Assembly (NCBI GenBank): GCA_963664395.2
Contig: OY761159.2
Coordinates: forward strand, 960,001 to 1,024,000
Reading direction: 5' to 3'
Length of the DNA stretch: 64,000 bases
Origin: Candidatus Binatia bacterium
Lineage (GTDB): Bacteria > Desulfobacterota > Binatia > Bin18
Numbering within the stretch: position 1 is the first letter of the stretch; every line of letters starts with the position of its first letter. Below are positions 9,381 through 19,530 of this stretch, one piece after another. A program made the position numbers and the translations under genes. Under the pieces are notes generated by a model. The model had not been told where the DNA came from, searched no databases, and saw only the letters and a program-made list of their open reading frames with translations.

Positions 9381-11406
9381 CGCAAGAGGGAATCAGACCT
9401 TTACCCACACGCCTCCTGCCCCAGATGCTCTCTGAGCGTCTGCCCGGTATATTCCGTGCGGTGAAGGCCGCGTTGCTGTAATACGGGCCCGCCCGTGCCG
9501 CCTCGTTTCCCCGCCCTCGGCGTCGCCGCCTGAAGTGTTCCGTCGCCCCCGGTATGTTTGGTGAAGATTCCTCCCATTTTAGGGGGGCCAGGGGGAGCGG
9601 AATGGGGTAGAGATATATTCTCAACCCGCGATGAGTAGCGGCGCAGGTTGAAATATTCCGAACCAGGAAAAAACATGGACTTTCGCTCCCCCCGCCCCCC
9701 GTGCCTGCTGTTTGCCTCTGAAAGGCCCCTCTCCGCCTGAACATTCCGCCGCGCGCGGGGCGTGCGCGGCTCACGGATTCGGCGGCCGGTCCGGTCGCTC
9801 CGCCGCCATGCGCGGGCGGTGGCGTGTGTCGTGCTCGGTCTCGCCGCCGTGGCGCTCGCCACCCCGGCGGCCGCGCAGCCAGCGTCAGCCTATGAACACG
9901 TCAGTAATTTTCTCTCGACCCCGGACTTCCCTTTAGCCACTGTTGCGGACCATTCGCAAAGATTCACCACAGGTTCGAACTCGGGCGGGTACAAACTGTA
10001 CGATGTCTTAATAAGGACAACGGCCACACAAGGCCCCGGGGGGTATCTAATCGGCGACGTCAGGTGCACAGGCGACGAGCTTTCCCTGCTCGATTGCCCC
10101 TTCGTAGGGAACCCGTTTTTGGTCTCCGTGTGCAGGGTGCTCGCAAGTGGGTACCCGGACAGGGATTCTTGTACGCTCCTCAATCCGCCCAGCAGCTTTG
10201 AGCCGGGGAACCTGACCTTCACCGCCCCGGAAGTCGCCGACCCGAATGGGATTGACGTGGAGAAGATCGAACTGGCGCCAAATACGACCTACACCCTGCT
10301 GACGGAGGTCGCGGTGAGGGTGTTCGATGGGGTGGAAACGCCTCTTACTGTGGAGTACGGCGTAACCGACTCAGACGATGAGACTACGGAATCTTCGCCT
10401 GGGTGGTCAATCTGGAATGATTACGACAGTTACAATGGCCGCGATGACAGTTGGGGCCCCCACTATGCGCAAGCGCACCGAGTCCGGATCCGTGCCACCA
10501 GGGGCCACTCGACTGCCGTGATCACCTCGGTGGACGTGACCTCGTCGTCGTCGCATCCCCCCCTCCACGGCCCAAGCGACATTATCGAGTTCACGGTCAC
10601 ACTCAGCGAGGATGTGACGGTGGGGGGCGACCCGGTGTTCCTCTTCTCGCTCGGGGGAGCCGACACGGAAGCAAGCTACGACGCCGAACGCAGCACGGCA
10701 CGGAGCCTGGTGTTCAAATACACGGTACAGGCCGGCGACAAGGTCACCGACGGCATTCGGGTCGGCAACGGGCCGCGGACCTTCAGGCTCGACGACAACG
10801 ACCACATCCGCACGCTGAGGAGCCTGCAAGACGCCCTTCTCGACCACGACGCGCTCGGAACGCTGCTCGATGCCCCTGTTGCTACGGTACAAACCCTCGT
10901 TTCCAATTTTGGGCAACCACCAGGAACAGCGCGGCCCACTGTAGTCTTTAACACATTTAAATCTCAGGCATTTACGACCGGCTCCAATTCTGCGGGCTAC
11001 GGTCTCGACTCGATTCGGGTAAACGTTTCCTATATCGAGCCCAGACCGTCCGGATACATCACGGCATCCATCTGGACAACCAATGCCGATGGCAATCCGC
11101 TGACCAAGCTGTTTGACATGTCAAATCCTCGCTCTAACAGGTCATCACCCTGGATCCCCTAACCTTCACCGCTGCAAATACCACGCTCAATACCTCAACC
11201 AGGTATGCCTTTGTCATCACAAGCACCGGCCGCGCCGTAGGTTTCGAACCAGCAACTACTACGGCAGAGGACCCTGGCAGCGCTTCAGGGTGGTTGATTG
11301 CCGACTTTCTTCGTACTAGAACAGCGGCGGCGGCGGCAACACCAACTGGCTTTCTATTCCCAGTTTCCCGTTGCGAATCGAATTCAAGGGAACCATTCTC
11401 GACCCC

Positions 11407-13335
11407 ACCGACGCGACGCTGAGATCGCTGGCGCTGTCGGACGCGTCGGACGATTCCAGTATCGCGTTGCGTCCGGCCTTCGCGTCAAGCATCACGAGCT
11501 ACACGGCGTCAGTGGCGAACCGGGTGGACGAGATTACCATCGCGCCGACGACCACCAACAACGGCGCCCGCGTCGCATACCTCAACAGCAGCGACACAGC
11601 GATTTCCGACGCCGACACGACGAAGAACGGCCAGCAGGTGTCGCTCGCGGTGGACGCCAACACGATCAAGGTGCAGGTCACGGCCGCGGACGGCACCACG
11701 CCGCAGCCCTACACCGTGACGGTGACCCGTACCAGCACCGACGCGACACTGAGCGCGCTGGCGCTGTCGGACGCGTCGGACGATTCCCCTATCGCGCTGA
11801 GTCCGGCCTTCGCGTCAGGCACCACGAGCTACACGGCGTCAGTGGCGAACGGGGTGGACGAGATTACCATCGCGCCGACGACCACCAACAACGGCGCCCG
11901 CGTCGCATACTTCAACGGCAGCGACACAGCGATTCCCGACGCCGACGACGCGAAGAACGGCCAGCAGGTGTCGCTCGCGGTTGGCCCGAACACGATCACG
12001 GTGCAGGTCACGGCCGCGGACAGCACCGCGACGCAGCCCTACACCGTGACGGTGACCCGTGCCGAGCCCGAGCAGATCCCCAGCACCGACGCGACGCTGA
12101 GCGCGCTGGCGCTGTCGAACGCGGCGGACGATTCCACTATCGCGCTGAGTCGGCCCTTCGCGTCAGGCCCCATGAGGATCTACACGGCGTCAGTGCCGAA
12201 CGGGGTGGAGCAGATTACCATCGCGCCGACGACCACCAACAACGGCGCCCGCGTCGCATACCTCAACAGCAGCGACACAGCGATTCCCGACGCCGACGCG
12301 AAGGACGGCCAGCAGGTGTCGCTCGCGGTTGGCCCGAACACGATCACGGTGCAGGTCACGGCCGCGGACAGACACCACGACGCAGACCTACACCGTGACG
12401 GTGACCCGTGCCGAGCCCGAGCAGATCCCCAGCACCGACGCGACGCTGAGCGCGCTGGCGCTGTCGGACGCGGCGGACAATTCCACTATCGATCTGAGTC
12501 CGGCCTTCGCGTCAGGCACCATGAAGATCTACACGGCGTCAGTGGCGAACGGGGTGGAGCAGATTACCATCGCGCCGACGCGCAACAACAACGGCGCCCG
12601 CGTCGCATACCTCGACGGCAGCGACACAGCGATTGCCGACGCCGACGCCGACGCGAAGAACGGCCAGCAGGTGCCGCGCTCGTGGTTGCGACCGCGAACA
12701 CGATCAAGGTGCAGGTCACGGCCGCGGACGACACCACGACGCTGACCTACACCGTGACGGTGACCCGTGCCGAGCCCGAGCAGATCCCCAGCTCCGACGC
12801 GACAGCGCGCTGGCGCTGTGAGCGACAATTCCACTATCGCTGAGCGCTGTCGGACCGCGCGCGCGACGACGACCGCATCTTTACGAACAATCGCATATAA
12901 GCCCGCAGAGCCCCAGGGCGACCACCACAAGGTGGACGGATCCCGCGGCGGATATTCGTTGACCGCGTCCCACGCTATCGATCTGAGTCCGGCCTGAGCG
13001 CGCTCGCGTCAGGCCCGGCAACCCGCGTCGCATCACCGGCCTATCCAGTAGCGCACAGCGATTCCCGACGCCGACTGCGAAGGACGGCCAGAGGATCTAC
13101 ACGGCGTCAGATCCCCAGCTGCCGAACGGGGTGGAGCAGATTACCATCGCACCGATGACCACCAACACCGGCGCCAGCATTCGCCTACTTCAAAGGCAGC
13201 GACACAGTGATTGCCGACGCCGACGAGACGAACGGCCAGCAGGTGTCGCTCGTGGTTGGCGAGAACACGATCACGGTGAAGGTCACGGCCGCGGACGACA
13301 CCACGACGCAGACCTACACCGTGACGGTGACCCGT
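11407..13335 (+). repeat. Tandem ~330-360 bp coding repeats (cadherin-like beta-sandwich)
   Basis: Units start at 11407, 11737, 12085, 12434 and 12793, plus a final partial unit. Each encodes DATLSALALSD...YTASVANGV..ITIAPT...GQQVSL.VG.NTI.V.VTAAD...YTVTVTR. Confidence 0.9.
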
Positions 13336-13740
13336 GCGGCGGCGACGGAACCGGTACGGGCGGGGCGGGCGGGCAGGGGCGGCGGCGGGGGCGGTTCCAG
13401 CCAGGACGAGCACGGCAACACGCCAGCGCAGGCGACCCTCGTCACCCTGGACCCCACCCGGACCGCATCCGTGCCGGGGCGGCTCAACACCGCCGCCGAC
13501 GTGGATTACTTCACCGTAGCCGTGCCCCACGCCGGGGTGTTGGTCGTCGAGACGAGTGGGCCGACCGCCACCATGGGCACGGTGTGGCAAGATGGGGAAG
13601 AGTTAGCCACCGCCGCCACGGGCGGGGCCGGCCGGAACTTCCGGCTCAGTGTGCGGGTTGCCCCTGGGTCAGTCGTGATAGCCGTGGCGGGCAACGGGCA
13701 GCAGACCGGGGCCTACACCCTGCAGGTGACCTTCCTGCCG

Positions 13741-14593
13741 GGGTATCTGGAGAATCCGGGAGCGGCGTCCTTCCAGAGTGGGATTGGCGTCATCTCGGGC
13801 TGGACCTGTGACGCCGAAGAAGTGGAGATTGTGTTGAACGGGGAGCCGCAGGAGGCGGCGTATGGCACGGCGCGGCTCGATACGGAGGCGGTGTGCGGCG
13901 ACAGCCGACAACGGCTTTGGCCTCTTGTTCAACTGGAACCTGCTGGGCGACGGCGAGCATGAGGTGGTGGCCCTGGTCGATGGGGTCGAACTCGACCGGG
14001 CGACCGTGACGGTCACGACGCTGGGCGCCGAGTTTCTGCGAGACGTGACGGGGACGTGTACCGCCGCAGATTTTCCGACCGGGGACGAGACGGTCACCCT
14101 GGCGTGGCAACAGACACAGCAGAACTTTGTGATTGTGGATGGCGCGGCTCCTGCCGGTGCAACCCGGGCGGGGAGAGCCGGGGTGGGGTATCTGGAGAAC
14201 CCGGGACCCCATTCGTTTCAGAGTGGGATCGGGGTGATTTCGGGCTGGGTGTGTGAGGGGGACGAGGTCATCATCGAGCTGAACGGGGAGCCGCAGCCAG
14301 CGGCGTATGGCACCGAGCGGCTCGATACGGAGTCGATGTGTGGGGACACGGACAATGGGTTTGGGTTGTTGTTCAACTGGAACCTGTTGGGCGAGGGCGC
14401 GCATGAGGTGGTGGCGTTCGTCGATGGCGAAGAGTTAGGCCGGGCCACGGTGCGGGTGACGACGCTGGGCGTGGAGTTTGTGCGGGATGTTGAGGGAGAA
14501 TGTACAGTCGAGGCCTTCCCCATGCTCGGCGAGACGGTCACCTTGGAATGGCAACAGAATAGCCAGAATTTTGTGATTACGGACGTGGAGTAA
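13741..14593 (+). repeat. Two tandem copies of a ~135-aa C-terminal domain
   Basis: GYLENPG..SFQSGIGVISGW.C...NGFGLLFNWNLLG...WQQ..QNFVI starting at 13741 and 14186. Confidence 0.85.
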
Positions 14594-14599
14594 AGCAGG

Positions 14600-14920
14600 G
14601 GTTGGGGTGACGGCAAAGCCCAGCTTGTCGGTCACAGCGGCCAGCATGGGAACCAGGAGAACCGGATCATGCACCGGAAACTGAACGGCATGGATGAGGG
14701 CTTCGTCGGTTCGTGCTCGGTAGTTTCCATAGGTAGCAAGTTGATCTGCAAAGAATATGGCATCAAACTTGCCGCGCTCCAGCGTTTTGGCAATGTCCTG
14801 CCACAGGTCGGGTTGGGCAAAGGAGGAGCCGACTGTGCTATCCGGGTGGGTCCATGAGCCCACGGTATGATTCATCGGGCTGTGAATCATGAAGGCATTC
14901 AGATGCATGATCTTTTTCAT
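14600..14920 (-). pseudogene. NtaA/DmoA family FMN-dependent monooxygenase, 3'-truncated
   Basis: MHLNAF..SPMNH..GSW.HP...WQDIAKTLERGKFDAIFFAD...DPVLLVPMLAAVTDKLGFAVT; homology then stops at the end of the surface-protein gene. Confidence 0.85.
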
Positions 14921-14943
14921 GGCGTGGCTCCCCCGGTGAGTTT

Positions 14944-15801
14944 TTATGCGCCCAGCATCTCTTGGGCCAACCCCTCCAATTCTGCAATCACGTCCGCTTC
15001 CTCAAACTTATTGAGCCAGATAATAGCGTGCTCTGCGCCGGCGTCTTCCAGCGCTTGGGCATCGGCACGTTTGCGCAACTGCCCCGGCTGCCCGAAAGCC
15101 GTGACGGAGATCGACTCGGGATCACGCCCCGCCTGGGCGGCCAACTCGTTCAACGTCTGGCGTCCGTGTCGAATCTCATCCGGCGAGGTGCTGACCGGCA
15201 TCCAGCCATCACCCCACTCAACCGTCCGTTTGAACACATTCTTGGCCGAGCCACCCAGAATAACGGGCGGATGCGGCTTTTGGGCCGGCTTGGGAAAGCA
15301 CTTGACCGCGGGAAAGTCATAGTATTTGCCGTGATATTCGGAATCGTCCGTGGTCCACAACTCTTTCATGGCCAGGATCGAATCTCGAGTCTGAGTCCAG
15401 CGATGCGGAAAGTCTCCGCCCATGATTTCGCACTCTTCTTTTTGCCAGCCGGCACCGATGCCAAACAGAAAACGTCCGCCCGAATAGTGGTCCAGCGTGG
15501 CGATCTCTTTGGCCAGTAACAACGGGTTGCGTTCCGGCACGAGACAAATACCGGTGCCCAGCTTGATCTTCGTTGTTGTGGCCGAGGCCCGGGCCAGCGA
15601 CACAAACGGATCCGAAATAATACCGATTGTTCTCGGAATCGGCTGATCCGGGGCTGCGGGATAGCCCACGGTGGTATGGACCGGAAGAACCGGATGTTCC
15701 GGGACCCAAAACGAGGCAAAGCCCAGTTCTTCGGCCTTTTTCGCCACAATTGCGGGGTCTGCCGACTCGCCGGACGTGAAATAGAATACGCCAATGTCCA
15801 T
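14944..15801 (-). CDS. LLM class F420-dependent oxidoreductase (Rv2161c-like)
   Basis: AEELGFASFWVPEHPVLP...DPFVSLARASATTTKIKLGTGICLVPERNP. Confidence 0.9.
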   Translation of the reverse strand: MDIGVFYFTSGESADPAIVAKKAEELGFASFWVPEHPVLPVHTTVGYPAAPDQPIPRTIGIISDPFVSLARASATTTKIKLGTGICLVPERNPLLLAKEIATLDHYSGGRFLFGIGAGWQKEECEIMGGDFPHRWTQTRDSILAMKELWTTDDSEYHGKYYDFPAVKCFPKPAQKPHPPVILGGSAKNVFKRTVEWGDGWMPVSTSPDEIRHGRQTLNELAAQAGRDPESISVTAFGQPGQLRKRADAQALEDAGAEHAIIWLNKFEEADVIAELEGLAQEMLGA

Positions 15802-15907
15802 ATGTGCTTCTCCTTATTCTGAAATGCTCACTCTTATGTATCTGTCTTATTCCACTACCTGCAAGATGTTGGGCTGCCTCTTTTACGGGAATACCAGACC
15901 GTATTGT

Positions 15908-15933
15908 GTCATACCTGCGAAAGCAGGTATCCA
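15908..15933. repeat. Palindromic repeat (gtcatacctgcgaaagcaggtatcca)
   Basis: atacctgc-gaaa-gcaggtat stem-loop resembling GTCATTCCCGCGAAAGCGGGAATCCA-type small repeats. Confidence 0.6.
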
Positions 15934-15991
15934 GGTTTCGGAGATACGACGAGGTTTTGTGAAATATATGTTTTCTATAGGAGTGGAACAG

Positions 15992-16690
15992 ATGGAGCCC
16001 TATCTATATTCAGAGATCAGTCCAATGTTCGGATTTCTCGTCGGAGTCGTGTCGGGCCTTGGGCTAGTCGGACTTTGGCGCGGTATTCGACGGCTAGTAG
16101 ACTTGCGTGCCACTCGGGCGGCAGCCGATGCACTTCTTGGTCAGCCATATGGCGACAACCCACGGGATCAGGCAGCGTACGAAAGAGTCGAATCTTGTAA
16201 GAGCCGCCTCCGCTGGCAAAAGAAGCCCAATCCCGAATGGATAGCTCCTCTTATTGAAGAGATACCAAAACTCATTCGGGAGATTGCGGAGATCTATTAC
16301 CCGGACGCTGTTGATCCGATACGGGCTCCCGGTCTGAGTCACTTTGCTCGCGCCATCCACCTCGCAGCCATGGATATTGCTGATTTTCTCCAAACTCGTC
16401 GCGTTGGCAGACTTCTCGACGTTAGCGCGACCACTGCATGGAAAACCTGGGAGGTTAGACAAAGGATTGCAAATAACAAGATCGTCAAAATACTATCTCC
16501 ATACTATAAGAGAGTACGTACAGGATTGCAGATCATAAAGTATAAGTCGCCGTCCATGTGGGCCTGGCTCTTTTTGTCTAACGCGGCAGTCAGAATACTC
16601 CAGCCGGCGGTGATCGACATTGTGGCCCGGCGTGCAATTGAACTGTACAGTGGGAGACTCACTTCCAGCGCAGGGCACGTTACTTCATGA
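15992..16690 (+). CDS. Hypothetical membrane-anchored protein
   Basis: AGGAG RBS before ATG 15992; N-terminal hydrophobic helix; ends AIELYSGRL; AT-richer than its flanks. Confidence 0.7.
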   Translation: MEPYLYSEISPMFGFLVGVVSGLGLVGLWRGIRRLVDLRATRAAADALLGQPYGDNPRDQAAYERVESCKSRLRWQKKPNPEWIAPLIEEIPKLIREIAEIYYPDAVDPIRAPGLSHFARAIHLAAMDIADFLQTRRVGRLLDVSATTAWKTWEVRQRIANNKIVKILSPYYKRVRTGLQIIKYKSPSMWAWLFLSNAAVRILQPAVIDIVARRAIELYSGRLTSSAGHVTS

Positions 16691-16797
16691 GGGGAAAGAG
16701 TCTTGAATCCCCTCCCATATCATTCCTAAAGAAAGGTTATGTTATAGGTTGCCTTGCATAAGGATATTCGGCCCATCTATATCAAAGCGGGATTAGA

Positions 16798-16823
16798 GAG
16801 GGCGAAAAATTTTTCGCCCCTAC
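16798..16823. repeat. REP left of RAYT
   Basis: gagggcgaaaaatttttcgcccctac (GTAG on the minus strand). Confidence 0.85.
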
Positions 16824-16889
16824 CATGATGGCGTCTGCCCATGACCGCCAGCCTCAAACCCTGCCGGTCTACAATGATTCCGGTGTGCC

Positions 16890-17411
16890 GTGACTAAGGG
16901 GGATTTACACCAGCGCCGTTCGCTCCGTTTGGCCGGGTTTGATTACGGCCGGGAAGGGGCGTATTTCGTGACCATCTGCACCCATGACCGGACCTGTCTG
17001 TTCGGCGAAATTGTAAATGGAGAGATGCGGTTGAACGTTGCGGGTCAGGTTGCGGCCACCTGTTGGCTGGACATTCCCGCTCATTTTCCACATGTGCGGT
17101 TGGATACCTATGCGATTATGCCGAATCATGTTCACGGGATCATTTGGATTGACGCGCATCCGGTGGCGGTCCCCCCGGGTGCATTGGTATTGCGATCACC
17201 CTCGAAAACCGTTGGTTCCATCGTGCGCGGGTTCAAAATTGGCGTCACCAAATGGGTCCGGGCCAATATGGACGTTCGGGATGTGTGGCAACGCAATTAT
17301 TATGAACATATCATCCGCAACGAGGCCGCCCTGAACCGGGTCCACCAATACATCATGGACAACCCGGCCCGCTGGGCTGAAGACCCGGAGAATCCGACGC
17401 GATGGGCATAA
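16890..17411 (+). mobile_element. REP-associated tyrosine transposase (RAYT, Y1/IS200-like)
   Basis: RRSLRLAGFDY...YFVTICT...IMPNHVHGII (HUH)...WQRNYYEHIIRNE...YIMDNPARW; flanked by REPs. Confidence 0.93.
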
Positions 17412-17493
17412 TAGACCATATCGGCATTGTTTGGATTGCCGGTGACGCGCCTGTGCATAACCTGGCTGTAAATGCTGCCCCCGCGAATCCTAT

Positions 17494-17521
17494 GTAGGGG
17501 CGAAAAATCTTTCGCCCCTAC
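17494..17521. repeat. REP right of RAYT
   Basis: gtaggggcgaaaaatctttcgcccctac, a near-perfect palindrome with GTAG at both 5' ends. Confidence 0.88.
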
Positions 17522-17526
17522 CGACT

Positions 17527-17556
17527 TTGACGTATCAATCGGTTGTGGAGTAGATT
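17527..17556 (+). promoter_or_regulatory. Putative sigma70 promoter
   Basis: TTGACG-18 nt-TAGATT upstream of the 17619 gene cluster. Confidence 0.35.
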
Positions 17557-17618
17557 GGGAAAGCGCGAGGAAGGAAACAGCCTGCGGGGAGTGAATGACA
17601 CAAACAGGGAGGGACGAC

Positions 17619-18374
17619 ATGGACCCACAGCAGTGTATCGTAGAGCCCTCAGCCGTGCCTTGGAAAACCCTCCCTCTTGATGGTGGAGGAGAAGCCCAGC
17701 TTCAGCTTTACCTCACCGGCAGAGACGGTGGGCCTGAAGCCATACGGGCGCAAATCTCGGAAGACTATACGGTGGAGCCGCATTTTCATTATGCGGCGCA
17801 ATTCCAAGTCCTGCTTGAAGGCTCAATGGCCTTCCCGCTGGTCCGGCTCGATGCGCCAGCCGTGCACTATACGGAACATAACACGCCCTACGGTCCGTTC
17901 ACGGTCAGTGGTGGGCACGACATGCTTGTGCTGCATACCAGGCCGGGTGGTTTGGCTGTCATGCGCGATAAAAAACGACGCTGGCGGGCGAATGTGCGTG
18001 GCCGTGAGTTTACGCGCTGCGCCCATGAGGTCGAGTGGCAGCCCATGCCCGGCTGTCCGCACGCGCGACGCAAGCTGCTGATCCCGCCGAGCTTCGGCCC
18101 CACTGCGGAGTTGATTGCGTTTCCGGCGGGCGTCGAGTTTACTCCTCCGGTTCCGGAGTATGGCCGGTATGAGGTGGTCTATGCCGGTTCGGCCGCTCTG
18201 CTCGGCAGGCGGCTGGAACCGAAAGCGCTGCGTTTCATTCCGGGTGGCGAACAGGCCGTGCCGTTCACTGCCGATCCTGAAGGCGTGAGCATGATTTTCG
18301 TGAGCTTTGACCAAGACGCCAACTATAGTGACGCGGGCAGTACGGAAGACGCGATTGCCCGCATGGAGCACTGA
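17619..18374 (+). CDS. Hypothetical cupin-like protein
   Basis: VEPHFHYAAQFQVLLEGS...HYTEHNTPYGPF; GGAGGG RBS; ORF track start at 17595 is also possible. Confidence 0.65.
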   Translation: MDPQQCIVEPSAVPWKTLPLDGGGEAQLQLYLTGRDGGPEAIRAQISEDYTVEPHFHYAAQFQVLLEGSMAFPLVRLDAPAVHYTEHNTPYGPFTVSGGHDMLVLHTRPGGLAVMRDKKRRWRANVRGREFTRCAHEVEWQPMPGCPHARRKLLIPPSFGPTAELIAFPAGVEFTPPVPEYGRYEVVYAGSAALLGRRLEPKALRFIPGGEQAVPFTADPEGVSMIFVSFDQDANYSDAGSTEDAIARMEH

Positions 18375-18398
18375 ACAGCAAGAAGGAGAACAAGAACA

Positions 18399-18905
18399 AT
18401 GAAAGCAGAAGAACTCCGCACCCTCCAGGCACCGCTCAAGCATGCCTATAAAGACGCGCCCGAAAAGGCGGTGGTGACGCTGAACGCAGAAGGACGGATT
18501 GGCGAGGGCATTACCTGCCGCGTCGAAACGGGCAAGGCATTGGTCGAAGCCGGGTTGCACCCGGCGACTGGTGGGGACGGACTGGCGGCCTGCTCCGGCG
18601 ATATGTTGCTGGAGGCGCTCGTGGCGTGTGCCGGCGTGACCCTGCAAGCCGTGTCTACGGCGATTGGGGTGGAGCTGCGCGATGGCAAGGTGATCGCGGA
18701 AGGCGACCTGGATTTCAGGGGGACCCTCGGCGTTTCAAAAGAAGCCCCGGTCGGTTTTCGCGACATTCGCCTCCGGTTTGATCTGGACACGGATGCCGAT
18801 GCGGAACAGTTGGCAACCCTGATTCGTCTGACTGAACGCTACTGTGTCGTCTTCCAGACCATCAGCAATAGACCGGATATGAAGGTCTCGTATACCGTTG
18901 TGTAA
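18399..18905 (+). CDS. OsmC family protein
   Basis: AGLHPATGGDG..ACSGDMLLEALVACAGVTL...GDLDFRGTLGV...TERYCVV. Confidence 0.9.
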   Translation: MKAEELRTLQAPLKHAYKDAPEKAVVTLNAEGRIGEGITCRVETGKALVEAGLHPATGGDGLAACSGDMLLEALVACAGVTLQAVSTAIGVELRDGKVIAEGDLDFRGTLGVSKEAPVGFRDIRLRFDLDTDADAEQLATLIRLTERYCVVFQTISNRPDMKVSYTVV

Positions 18906-18929
18906 TAGGAGAAGTCGGCCAGCGCTCTC

Positions 18930-19520
18930 ATGGATACCGTCCGCTATAGTCTGGCTCTCCTCACGCTGGTTACCTTTATTCCGGGTATATTGTTCTGGCC
19001 GTTCGCTCACGGTCTGGTCCGTCGCTGGCGACAACTTGGATTAGCGCTCTCGTACACAGTGCTCGGGGCGATTCTCATTGCCATAGGTACCGGCGTCTTT
19101 GTGCTGCGTCAGACGCTCCTGGCCGTAGAGTTCGGCCCGCCCGGCTGGTTAGGCTGGCCGGCCTTGCTGTGCTTTGTCGCCGCCGTGGTGGTTGAGGTGC
19201 AGTGTCAAAAACATCTGACCCTGCGCACTTTGGTCGGCATTCCCGAACTGTCGCCCACGCCGACCGGCCAGCCGCTCTTGGACCAGGGTATCTATGCGCG
19301 GTTGCGACATCCCCGTTATGTCGTCGTGATCCTGAGTGTCTTCGCGCTTGCGCTCTTTACGAACTATCTGGCCGTGTATCTCCTGTGTCCTCTCGCCGGC
19401 GTTGTGCTGTATGGCATCACGCTGATGGAAGAACGCGAACTGGTCGAGCGCTTTGGCGAGGCATACGAGCAGTATCAACAGCGGGTGCCACGTTTTGTCC
19501 CCAAGATTCCCAAGCAGTAA
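18930..19520 (+). CDS. Isoprenylcysteine carboxyl methyltransferase / PEMT family membrane protein
   Basis: Multiple TM helices; GIYARLRHPRY...EERELVERFGEAYEQYQQRVPRFVP. Confidence 0.85.
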   Translation: MDTVRYSLALLTLVTFIPGILFWPFAHGLVRRWRQLGLALSYTVLGAILIAIGTGVFVLRQTLLAVEFGPPGWLGWPALLCFVAAVVVEVQCQKHLTLRTLVGIPELSPTPTGQPLLDQGIYARLRHPRYVVVILSVFALALFTNYLAVYLLCPLAGVVLYGITLMEERELVERFGEAYEQYQQRVPRFVPKIPKQ

Positions 19521-19530
19521 GGGGGGGAAT

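Larger units (their letters stand above)
9675..14593 (+). pseudogene. Large secreted surface protein: signal peptide, two FTTGSN domains, Ig-like domain, ~6 cadherin-like beta-sandwich repeats, PPC-like domain, duplicated C-terminal domain; multiple frameshifts
   Basis: ORF pieces 9762-11162, 11371-12843, 12329-12745, 13207-13962 and 13862-14593 are consecutive parts of one architecture. AGGA+ATG at 9675 is in frame with 9762 but interrupted by TGA at 9738. Frameshifts near 11145, 11320, 12370, 12675 and 13900; sequence scrambled at 12800-13200. Confidence 0.8.

Noticed and set aside
9738-9770. In-frame TGA in the surface-protein leader followed by a GC hairpin, considered as a second selenocysteine site
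   Set aside because: It lies in an Arg/Pro-rich pre-signal region with no redox motif, and hairpins arise easily in such GC-rich sequence. A nonsense change or a later start (9762) is more likely.
11407-13335. Repeat array as a CRISPR array or diversity-generating retroelement
   Set aside because: The units are ~340-bp protein-coding repeats without unique spacers, and there is no cas gene or reverse transcriptase in the window.
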